Positions 48,525 through 56,111 of a DNA stretch of 64,000 nt are shown one piece after another. A model generated the notes under the pieces. That model had not been told where the DNA came from. It was given only the letters and a program-made list of their open reading frames with translations, and did not search any database. This DNA comes from an uncultured Verrucomicrobia subdivision 3 bacterium (GTDB lineage: Bacteria > Verrucomicrobiota > Verrucomicrobiia > Limisphaerales > UBA11358). Location of the stretch: positions 24,800 through 88,799 of the forward strand of contig CAISEZ010000142.1 of assembly GCA_903884535.1 (NCBI GenBank), read 5' to 3'. A program made the translations under genes and the position numbers. Within the stretch, counting starts at the first letter, position 1. The number at the start of each line of letters is the position of its first letter.

Positions 48525-49504
48525 CCGATTTCACCGGCTGGATTCCGATGCGGATTTTTTGGCGCGACGCCCGACCGCTGGTGGATTGGGGCTGGCTGGA
48601 TCAGCAGCGGTTCACCGACCCATTTTTTGCGCAGACTATTCAACCGTGCGTGCGGCATCCGGCCAACCTGCTGTTCCGCCCGCAAACGCCGTTGGAAAAT
48701 CTGGGCGAGATAGCCGCGAGGCAGCCGAGCGTGAAGCCGACGGGATTTATTTTCCATATGTCGCGCTGCGGCTCGACACTGATTTCACAAATGCTCGCGG
48801 TCGCGCCGGAAAACATCGTCCTCTCCGAACCCGGCCCGGTGGACGACATCCTGCGGGCGCATTTTCGCGATCCTCGCATCACGGAGGAACAGCGGGTGCA
48901 ATGGCTGCAATGGCTCGTCGCGATTCTCGGCTGGCGGCGGCAGCCGGCGGAAAAAAATCTATTCATCAAATTTGACTGCTGGCACGCACTGTTCCTGCCG
49001 CTGATCCAGCGCGCCTTTCCGGGCGTGCCGTGGATTTTTGTTTATCGCGATCCGGTCGAGGTGATGGCGTCGCATGTCAATCGCCACCGTGGGGCGCAGA
49101 TGATTCCGACCGTTTTGGATCCCGGCTTGTTCGGCTGGGATTATGAAATGGTCAGCCGCATGTCGCTTGATGAATATGGGGCCCGCGTGCTGGCCAAAAT
49201 CTGCGAGGCGATGCTGGCCCGGGCGCAGGCCGGCGAAGGGAAATTCATCAACTACCGGCAATTGCCCACCGCCGTCTGGCCGGAGTTATTGGATTATTGG
49301 ACCGCGAAATTTTCCGGCGAGGAAAATGCGCGGATGCTGGAGGTCGCGGGGATGAACGCCAAAAATCCCGGGCAGCCGTTTGAGCCGGACGGCCCGGCCA
49401 AGCGCGCAGCGGTGACGGCGGAGCTCCGCGAAATCACACAGCGCTGGCTGGATCCGGTGTATCAACAACTCGAAACGCAGCGGCTGGTTCAAGGATTCGC
49501 CTAA
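48521..49504 (+). CDS. Sulfotransferase-fold family protein (function unknown)
   Basis: ORF 48515..49504, ATG at 48521. P-loop-like FIFHMSRCGSTLISQML resembling the 5'-PSB loop of sulfotransferases. Confidence 0.5.
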   Translation: MTDFTGWIPMRIFWRDARPLVDWGWLDQQRFTDPFFAQTIQPCVRHPANLLFRPQTPLENLGEIAARQPSVKPTGFIFHMSRCGSTLISQMLAVAPENIVLSEPGPVDDILRAHFRDPRITEEQRVQWLQWLVAILGWRRQPAEKNLFIKFDCWHALFLPLIQRAFPGVPWIFVYRDPVEVMASHVNRHRGAQMIPTVLDPGLFGWDYEMVSRMSLDEYGARVLAKICEAMLARAQAGEGKFINYRQLPTAVWPELLDYWTAKFSGEENARMLEVAGMNAKNPGQPFEPDGPAKRAAVTAELREITQRWLDPVYQQLETQRLVQGFA

Positions 49505-50595
49505 CCGGCGAAGGCTTTATTAGCCGCCGCCGCCAGCAGTTGGTCGCGCAGCCAGTTGTTGACCACGCAGTCGATCACGAGATGGATGCGGTCCGTCGCG
49601 CCGCGATTGGCGACGCGGTGCGGCTGGTTCACATTGAGATACCAGCATTCGCCTTCGTTCATCATGACGCGAACCAGGTTCAGCACAAATTCCATTTCCG
49701 GATTGGTGATGACCGGGATATGCAACCGCACCTCGCCGTCCTCGAAACCGAGTTCGTGATCGCGATGTTCCTTGATGACCGATCCCGCCTTGAGTCGGAG
49801 GAAGCGGACGGCCTGCATCGGACAACGCAACGTCGCCAGCACTTCGCGGATGTAATCACAGCGCGCCAGCAACGGCGTGTCGGCAAACGCATTTTTCGCC
49901 GTCGGGTCGGGATAGATATGATCCGTGCGACCGCCGACCGCGCGCAGCGGCACCGCGCTCCAGTCACCTTGGTAATATGCGGTGTTGAAGTGCGGCACGA
50001 ATTCATCGGCCATCATGCGCGCCAGATCCGCCTGCATCCGCGCGACGTCAAAGCGCAGCGGGAGTTTCACGGCGTCCGGCAGCAGCGGCTCAACGACCGG
50101 CTCAGCCGGCGACCGCCATTCCAGCTCGAAATACAAATCCGTTTCGCCGATTTTTTGGAAACCCAGCCGTTCATATAGTCGCTCGGCGCGGCTGCCGCGA
50201 TCCACTTTCAAGCGCACAGGCTTTTTCGTGGCGGCCGCTTCGCCGAAAAGTTTGCGCAGCAGCGACGTGCCGACGCCGGCATTGCGAAACGGCGGCAGCA
50301 GCGCGATGTCCACCACGCGCAATTCCTCGCCGGTGCGATGGATGATGATCTGTCCGGCATTCACGCCGTTGACTAAAATAATCTGAAATTCCGCGCCCGC
50401 AAAGGCGGTGTGGTAGCCTTGCTGCCGGGCGCGAAATTGCATCGCGAGAAAGGCGCTCCGCATTTCTGGCGGAAAGCCCGCCGCGTCCAATTCCTCCTGG
50501 CGCGTGCTGGCATACAGCTCGAAGAGGAACGCTTCGTCCTCAGGTTGTTCGTCGCGGACAGAGATTGTGTTCAAAATGTTTGGCGGGGTTCGCAA
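49501..50595 (-). CDS. GNAT acetyltransferase fused to aspartyl/asparaginyl beta-hydroxylase-type cupin
   Basis: 364 aa. N-terminal GNAT (..VVDIALLPPFRNAGVGTSLLRKLF..). C-terminal ..IKEHRDHELGFEDGEVRLHIPVITN..NVNQPHRVANRGATDRIHLVIDC.. (His/Asp metal triad pattern of the AspH/LpxO family). Confidence 0.65.
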   Translation of the reverse strand: MRTPPNILNTISVRDEQPEDEAFLFELYASTRQEELDAAGFPPEMRSAFLAMQFRARQQGYHTAFAGAEFQIILVNGVNAGQIIIHRTGEELRVVDIALLPPFRNAGVGTSLLRKLFGEAAATKKPVRLKVDRGSRAERLYERLGFQKIGETDLYFELEWRSPAEPVVEPLLPDAVKLPLRFDVARMQADLARMMADEFVPHFNTAYYQGDWSAVPLRAVGGRTDHIYPDPTAKNAFADTPLLARCDYIREVLATLRCPMQAVRFLRLKAGSVIKEHRDHELGFEDGEVRLHIPVITNPEMEFVLNLVRVMMNEGECWYLNVNQPHRVANRGATDRIHLVIDCVVNNWLRDQLLAAAANKAFAG

Positions 50596-50845
50596 CGGGC
50601 AGAAATGCCCGGCAAAACGCCCCCGCTTTACTAGGTGAAAAAAGATTTTGAGACAAGCGCAATCGCCCGTGAATCCGCCGCTTCGGCGGTTTCGCCCGAA
50701 TCCATCCCGGCGGCTGAAAATTGTTTGACTCTGAGCAAATTATAGTCATTATAAAAACAATTAAACACGGACGAGATAATTTTTGAGTTTTGGAGCCCAA
50801 TGAAATAAATCACGCCGCCAATTTATTTTCGATTGTTCCGCCGCC

Positions 50846-51277
50846 ATGACAGCGCTGGCGGTCGCTCCGCTCACTTCCATTGCCGAGACGGCAACTTCCA
50901 CCCGTAATTTTCGCCCGCTCGAAACATTGAGCTACGCCGAGCTGGCCGCCCAGGTCAACACCGCTTTCCACGTTTGGGTTTCGCCCGGACAAGTGGTGGA
51001 ATTGAAGCTGCTCAAAGCCCCGCTCGCCCGGCCCACGCCCGTCCGGCCCGGAAAACCATTACCCGGCGACGCTGGCTACGAAAAATTTTCCCTCATTTTC
51101 AGCGGGGCAAACGATGTGATGGTGGCGTCATCCATTCACCGGTTTGAACACGACCACTTGGGCCGGTTTGAAATGTTCATCGGCCAGATCGGCATGCCCA
51201 AGAGTGACACCGTTCGTTATGAAGCGGGTTTCAACCGGCCTGCGTCTGCGGCTGCTTCCTTCGCGCAAACAACCTAA
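50846..51277 (+). CDS. Small protein of unknown function (DUF6916-like partner of tail-collar genes)
   Basis: 143 aa. ..FSLIFSGANDVMVASSIHRFEHDHLGRFEMFIGQIG....YEAGFNR.. resembles the family I recall accompanying tail-collar genes. 26 nt upstream of the tail-collar gene. Confidence 0.4.
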   Translation: MTALAVAPLTSIAETATSTRNFRPLETLSYAELAAQVNTAFHVWVSPGQVVELKLLKAPLARPTPVRPGKPLPGDAGYEKFSLIFSGANDVMVASSIHRFEHDHLGRFEMFIGQIGMPKSDTVRYEAGFNRPASAAASFAQTT

Positions 51278-51303
51278 AAATAGAATACTAAAAAAGGCAA
51301 ATT

Positions 51304-51870
51304 ATGTCAGAACCCTTTATCGGCGAAATCAGGATGGTCGGCTTTAATTTTAATCCGCGCGGCTGGATGCTGTGCAACGGCCAACTGCTGCCCATTCAAC
51401 AATACACGGCCCTTTTTTCGCTCATCGGCACATATTACGGCGGCAACGGCACGACCAATTTCGCCCTGCCCAACCTGCAGAGCCGCGTGCCGATCCATCA
51501 GGGAACGGGCCCTGGCCTTTCAACTTATGTCATTGGCCAGACGAGCGGAGTCGAACAGGTCACCCTGCAAACCAATAATTTGCCCGCTCACCATCATACT
51601 CTGAGCAGCGCCAACGCCAAACTGGGATTCGGAGCCTACGACGGCGCGGGCAACCAAGCCAGCCCGGCGGGGCATGTGCCGGCCATTGAGTCCACCGGCA
51701 CTTCCTTGAACTATTCTGATCAAACTCCCAACACATCGGCAGCCTTGGCCTACGGGAACGGGGCCGCGACGGACTTGGCCGGGAGCAACATACCGGTGCC
51801 CATTATGCCGCCTTACCTGTGCGTGAATTTCGTCATCGCCACGGTTGGTATTTTCCCCTCACGCAACTGA
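51304..51870 (+). CDS. Phage tail collar domain protein (MdpB/COG4675-like)
   Basis: 188 aa. MSEPFIGEIRMVGFNFNPRGWMLCNGQLLPIQQYTALFSLIGTYYGGNGTTNFALPNLQSR and C-terminal PPYLCVNFVIATVGIFPSRN are hallmark tail-collar sequences. Confidence 0.85.
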   Translation: MSEPFIGEIRMVGFNFNPRGWMLCNGQLLPIQQYTALFSLIGTYYGGNGTTNFALPNLQSRVPIHQGTGPGLSTYVIGQTSGVEQVTLQTNNLPAHHHTLSSANAKLGFGAYDGAGNQASPAGHVPAIESTGTSLNYSDQTPNTSAALAYGNGAATDLAGSNIPVPIMPPYLCVNFVIATVGIFPSRN

Positions 51871-51917
51871 TGGCGTGGCAGGCCGTTTCGGCAAATGGCG
51901 GTCAATTTTTTACATTC

Positions 51918-53108
51918 ATGCGCAAACTGATTTTAGCAGTCGGGCTTTTGGTGGTCAGCCTGCTGGCCACCCAGCCGGTGCAGGCCAACATCTCCTCGGT
52001 GCCGGTCTACTACAACACCAGCAGCGCCACCACAAACCTGAACACGCTGGACCGAGTCGGCTCCAATGGCGGCAGCCAGACCACCCTGTTCACGGCGTCC
52101 GGTTCCCCGGTTCACTGCACGGCGATGGCCGTGGATGGCTTGAATGGGAAGTTGTTTTTTATTGACGCTACCGACAAATCCATTTGGAGCGTGAACCTTG
52201 ACGGCAGCGGATTGACCCGGATCCAAAGCGGCGTGACCAGTTATCCCACCGACCTCGTTTTGGATGTGCTGAACGAACAAATTTATTTCACCACCAGTTC
52301 CACCATCCAAAACAACAACACCGTTCAGCGGATGGATTATACCGGAAGCAATCTGACCACGCTGTTCACGGCCACCGGTGGCTCCGCCGTGTCGCGCTGC
52401 ACGGCGCTCGCCGTGGATGTGGCGCACTCAAAAATGTTCGTTGCCGATGTCGGCACGAAAACCATCTGGAGCATGAGCCTCGCCGGCGGCAGCGCCACGG
52501 CGCTGGTCACCATCACCAATGCCTATCCTACCGACCTCGCGGCGGAGCCGACGAGCCAAATGGTTTATTTCACTGTCAGTTCCACCGTGCAGACCAACAA
52601 CTGCCTGCAGCGGGTGAGTTATGGCGGCGCCAACGTGGGTTACGGCATTCCCGGGTTGACCACATTGTTCACGGCGTCCGGCAGCGTGCAGCGCTGCACG
52701 GCGCTGGATTTGGATGTGGCCCACTCCGCGATTTATTTGTCCGACGCCGGAAATAATGCACCGGCGCTGTGGCGGATTCCGCTCGGCGGTGGCAGCGCCA
52801 GCAGCATTTTGAGTGGATTGACCGCGACCGCGAAGAAAGTGCGCTATTACAGCGGACAGACAACCCGGCCGGCGCCCGCGCTCACCGGCATCAGCCTTTC
52901 CGGCGGCAACGTTGTCCTCAACGCCACCAACGGAATTGCCGGCGGCACTTACTACGTGCTGACCAGCACAAATGTGGCCGCGCCGTTGAGCCAATGGCTG
53001 CCGGTGTTCACCAATGTTTTGAGCACCAGCGGAAGCTTCATCCTCACCACGACCAACGGTTTCTCATCCGCCTCATCGCAGCAATTTTATATTCTCCAAG
53101 TGCATTGA
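51918..53108 (+). CDS. Secreted beta-propeller repeat protein with C-terminal ~70-aa module shared with the giant protein
   Basis: ORF 51819..53108. ATG 51918 (MRKLILAVGLLVVSLLATQPVQA signal peptide). Four repeats of the type K(S/T)IWS(V/M).L.G.....L......YPTDL..........YFT.SST. C-terminal ..GGTYYVLTSTNVAAPLSQWLPVFTN...QQFYILQVH. Confidence 0.6.
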   Translation: MRKLILAVGLLVVSLLATQPVQANISSVPVYYNTSSATTNLNTLDRVGSNGGSQTTLFTASGSPVHCTAMAVDGLNGKLFFIDATDKSIWSVNLDGSGLTRIQSGVTSYPTDLVLDVLNEQIYFTTSSTIQNNNTVQRMDYTGSNLTTLFTATGGSAVSRCTALAVDVAHSKMFVADVGTKTIWSMSLAGGSATALVTITNAYPTDLAAEPTSQMVYFTVSSTVQTNNCLQRVSYGGANVGYGIPGLTTLFTASGSVQRCTALDLDVAHSAIYLSDAGNNAPALWRIPLGGGSASSILSGLTATAKKVRYYSGQTTRPAPALTGISLSGGNVVLNATNGIAGGTYYVLTSTNVAAPLSQWLPVFTNVLSTSGSFILTTTNGFSSASSQQFYILQVH

Positions 53109-53226
53109 GCACGGCGGGAATGCCTATCGCGCGGCCAGCAGTTGATGTTTAAAAAGCACTTGAAACTGGATGAATTTGTGTGTTCAATCTTTGCACACGA
53201 TTTAATTCAATTCTTTAGGGGAATTT

Positions 53227-53877
53227 ATGAATAATAAAAACTTGGCTTTCTTTATTGTGGTCGGCATCACGATGCTTGTGTTCCAAGCCCAGGCCCAAGA
53301 GAGAAAGGTTGATGGCAAGATTTACTCAGTCAACGACCCACGCTTTGGCACCTTCAATTGTTTTTTAGAAGTTCTTCAAATTTCCGGGAAGGACATGATT
53401 TGCCATGCCTATACAGTCGCTGGATCCTCTAAAATAGTGACCGGCCACAACATGAACGGGCGCACGGCTGCGGTAGCGAGTGAAACACACCGGGTCTATT
53501 TTGCGCCGCCCAATCCCCTTGCCGCCCCTTTTATTTTAAGAAATTCGGCCATCTACGGTGTTGGCATGTCGATTGATCCTGGCACGAGAGCCATGCTGAC
53601 TGGAAAAGTCGGCCCGTATCAAGTTTATGACATGGGCATAATGTTTATCCCGCCACAGCGAATCTTGACGCCAGTCGAGAAGTTCAATGAGCTTGATAAA
53701 AGGGCAAAATCTGGCAGCTCGGAAGCTTCCTACGAGTTGGGAGAATGTTATCTTGCTGGAAAAGGTTGCGAAGTGGATACCAACAAAGCCGTCCAGTGCT
53801 TCATGGACTCCTTTACCTCCAAGGAAGGCAATCCAAAAGCATTAAAGCGCTACAAAGAGTTGACAAAAGCTCAATAA
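53227..53877 (+). CDS. Secreted protein with C-terminal Sel1-like repeat; markedly AT-richer than its surroundings
   Basis: 216 aa with signal-like MNNKNLAFFIVVGITMLVFQAQA. Sel1-type SSEASYELGECYLAGKGCEVDTNKAVQCF. Confidence 0.55.
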   Translation: MNNKNLAFFIVVGITMLVFQAQAQERKVDGKIYSVNDPRFGTFNCFLEVLQISGKDMICHAYTVAGSSKIVTGHNMNGRTAAVASETHRVYFAPPNPLAAPFILRNSAIYGVGMSIDPGTRAMLTGKVGPYQVYDMGIMFIPPQRILTPVEKFNELDKRAKSGSSEASYELGECYLAGKGCEVDTNKAVQCFMDSFTSKEGNPKALKRYKELTKAQ

Positions 53878-53970
53878 ATTTGCGCTTCCCAGATCTGGTT
53901 CCGCCACCTTTTGCGTGTTGAAAATTGTGCGACTGGCCAACACCCGAATCCACGTTCAACCCGCGCCACA

Positions 53971-56055
53971 TCACCCATAAGCATTCGCCGGGCGCAGGTT
54001 CCATTCGTTCAACAAGTCCTTGGGAATCTCGGACAAAAAACGCGACGGCGATTGGAACATGTCGCTGCCGGAATTGCCGAAGCCGCCGCGGATCAGCGGA
54101 TAGGTCAGGTAGAGTTCGTTCTTCGCCCGCGTGACGGCCACGTAAAACAAACGCCGCTCATCTTCCTCACCCTCGGTGCTTTCCATCGAGCGCGTGGAGG
54201 GAAACATGCCGTCGCACAGCATGATCACGAACACGGCGTCGAACTCCAGACCCTTCGCCTGGTGGATGGTCGAGAGCTTGAGCTTTTCGTCGTCGCCCTT
54301 CGCCGCGTCGCCGTCCTCGGCCTCGACGTTGGTGAGCAACGCGAGTTGCGTGAGAAATTCCTCCACACTGCCAAATTGGTAAGCGAACTCGGCGAGCTGC
54401 TCCAATTCCTCCAGGCGCCGCTCGTAGTTGGCATAGGTCTCCTTCAGATAATCGTCGTAGCCCGCATCCATCACCAGCCGCAGCATCTTCGCCGCGCTTT
54501 TGCGCACGACCGGATCCTCGAGCTGCGAAATCGTGGCGACAAACTGCGCCCACGCCACGGCAGCCTTTTTTGGAACCGATTTGGAACAGGATTGCAACGC
54601 GGTCGCCATCTTGTAGCAACTAACGTAAGGAGGCTCTAACTCATTTCCGATTTCCGATTTCCGATTTCCGATTTCAATTTGAGCCTCGTTACCTCGGCTG
54701 CTGCTTTGAAAATTTCGAAACAGTTTGTCCGCGCCTTTCGCCGCCACGCCGGGCAGCAATTGCACCAGCCGTTTGAACGAAATTTCATCCCGCGGATTGG
54801 CGACGAGTTTCAAATACGCCGTCGCGTCCTTGATGTGCGCCTGCTCGAAAAACCGGATGCCGCTCGTGATGGAAAACGGAATCTGCTGCCGCGTCAGCTC
54901 CAACTGCAATTCCAGCGCGTGAAAATGCGAGCGGTAAAGCACCGCGACGTGGTTCAGGTTCTGGCCTTCCTCGCGCAATTCCAAAACGCGTTGGGCGATG
55001 AACGCCGATTGCTGGCCGGCGTCCTGGCATTGGATGAGCGCCGGCTTCACACCGGACTTGCGCGCGGGCGACAGCTCTTTCGCGAACTGGTTCACGTTCG
55101 CGGCGATGGCGGCGTTCGCGACGTTGAGAATTTCCGGCGTGCTGCGGTAATTCGTCTCGATCTTGAAAACCTTCGCACCGGGATAGCGCTTGGGAAATTC
55201 CAAAATGTTTGCAAAATTTGCGCCGCGCCAGGCATAGATGCTTTGCGCATCGTCACCGACCACCGTGACGTTGTGATGCCGCGCGGCGAGCAGATCAATC
55301 AAATCGCTCTGGAGCTTGTTCGTGTCCTGATACTCGTCCACCAAAATGAACTGGAACCGGCGCTGATACTGCTCGCGGATTTCGGCGTTGTCTTGAAACA
55401 GCTTCAGCCAGAGTGCGAGCAGGTCGTCAAAATCCATTGCGTTCGTCGCGCGTTTGCGCTCCGTGTATTTCTTGGCCAGCACGGCGATCTGCGCGGCGAA
55501 CGACTCAAAGTAGCTGAATTGTCCGGCCACCAATTCCTCGGTGGATTTGTGCGTGTTGGCCGTGAGCGAAAAAATTTCGTTCAGCACCGCCGGTTTTGGA
55601 AAATGCGTGCCCTTGGTTTCGATGCCGGCGTCGGTGACGCACGCCTTGATCAAATCCTGCGCGTCATCGCGGTCGAGAATCGTGAAGTCCGGCTGGTAGC
55701 CGACCGCCTCGGCGTGCAGCCGCAAAATCCGCGCGCCGATGGAGTGAAACGTGCCGCCCCAGAGCGCCCGCAATTCCTGGCCGAGCAAATCGGAAATGCG
55801 TCGCATCATTTCGCCGGCGGCCTTGTTGGTGAACGTGAGCAGTAAAATGCGGTCGGCGGGAATCCCCTGCTCCAGCAGATACGCCACGCGGTAAGTGAGT
55901 GTGCGCGTCTTGCCCGAACCCGCGCCGGCGATGACCAGCGCCGGCCCCGGCGGCGCGGTAACGGCAGCGAGCTGCTGTGGATTGAGTTCCTGCGCGTAAC
56001 CAATCTGGAGATGGACCTCCGGCTGATAGGGTTTCAGGACGTATTCGCGCGACAT
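53971..56055 (-). CDS. UvrD/PcrA/Rep-family ATP-dependent DNA helicase
   Basis: ORF 53971..56421. Start at ATG 56055 (MSREYVLKPYQ..ELNPQQLAAV). Walker A AGAGSGKTRT and motif II ILVDEYQDTN. Contains an in-frame repeat element. Confidence 0.9.
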   Translation of the reverse strand: MSREYVLKPYQPEVHLQIGYAQELNPQQLAAVTAPPGPALVIAGAGSGKTRTLTYRVAYLLEQGIPADRILLLTFTNKAAGEMMRRISDLLGQELRALWGGTFHSIGARILRLHAEAVGYQPDFTILDRDDAQDLIKACVTDAGIETKGTHFPKPAVLNEIFSLTANTHKSTEELVAGQFSYFESFAAQIAVLAKKYTERKRATNAMDFDDLLALWLKLFQDNAEIREQYQRRFQFILVDEYQDTNKLQSDLIDLLAARHHNVTVVGDDAQSIYAWRGANFANILEFPKRYPGAKVFKIETNYRSTPEILNVANAAIAANVNQFAKELSPARKSGVKPALIQCQDAGQQSAFIAQRVLELREEGQNLNHVAVLYRSHFHALELQLELTRQQIPFSITSGIRFFEQAHIKDATAYLKLVANPRDEISFKRLVQLLPGVAAKGADKLFRNFQSSSRGNEAQIEIGNRKSEIGNELEPPYVSCYKMATALQSCSKSVPKKAAVAWAQFVATISQLEDPVVRKSAAKMLRLVMDAGYDDYLKETYANYERRLEELEQLAEFAYQFGSVEEFLTQLALLTNVEAEDGDAAKGDDEKLKLSTIHQAKGLEFDAVFVIMLCDGMFPSTRSMESTEGEEDERRLFYVAVTRAKNELYLTYPLIRGGFGNSGSDMFQSPSRFLSEIPKDLLNEWNLRPANAYG
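54611..54706. repeat. Hairpin-type repeat element embedded in frame in the helicase gene
   Basis: Arms TTGTAGCAACTAACGTAAGGAGGCTC (54611..54636) and GAGCCTCGTTACCTCGGCTGCTGCTT (54681..54706) are imperfectly complementary (18/26 Watson-Crick). The core holds (ATTTCCG)x4 at 54643..54670. Confidence 0.75.
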
Positions 56056-56057
56056 GG

Positions 56058-56100
56058 CAGGGAATTGAACGGGCAAACGCCGGTTGGAGAAAGAAAAAAC
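56058..56100 (-). repeat. Copy A of a ~43-nt element abutting a start codon (fills the lnt-helicase intergenic gap)
   Basis: Minus strand GTTTTTTCTTTCTCCAACCGGCGTTTGCCCGTTCAATTCCCTG followed by CC-ATG (helicase). The 22-mer CAGGGAATTGAACGGGCAAACG (plus strand 56058..56079) is identical to 57519..57540. Confidence 0.8.
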
Positions 56101-56111
56101 GCACAGACTTT

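Noticed and set aside
50631-50813. 60-aa and 86-aa minus-strand ORFs in the AT-rich gap upstream of the tail-collar cluster
   Set aside because: No start context, no recognisable features and overlapping alternative frames. This is more likely promoter or non-coding DNA.
56058-56079. GGAATTGAACGGGCA resembling the reverse complement of a tRNA T-arm/acceptor (possible tRNA fragment or att site)
   Set aside because: No cloverleaf can be built from the flanks, there is no matching GGTTCGAATCC-type T-loop, and the duplicate copy shows the same sequence in a non-tRNA context. I treat it as a repeat or regulatory element instead.
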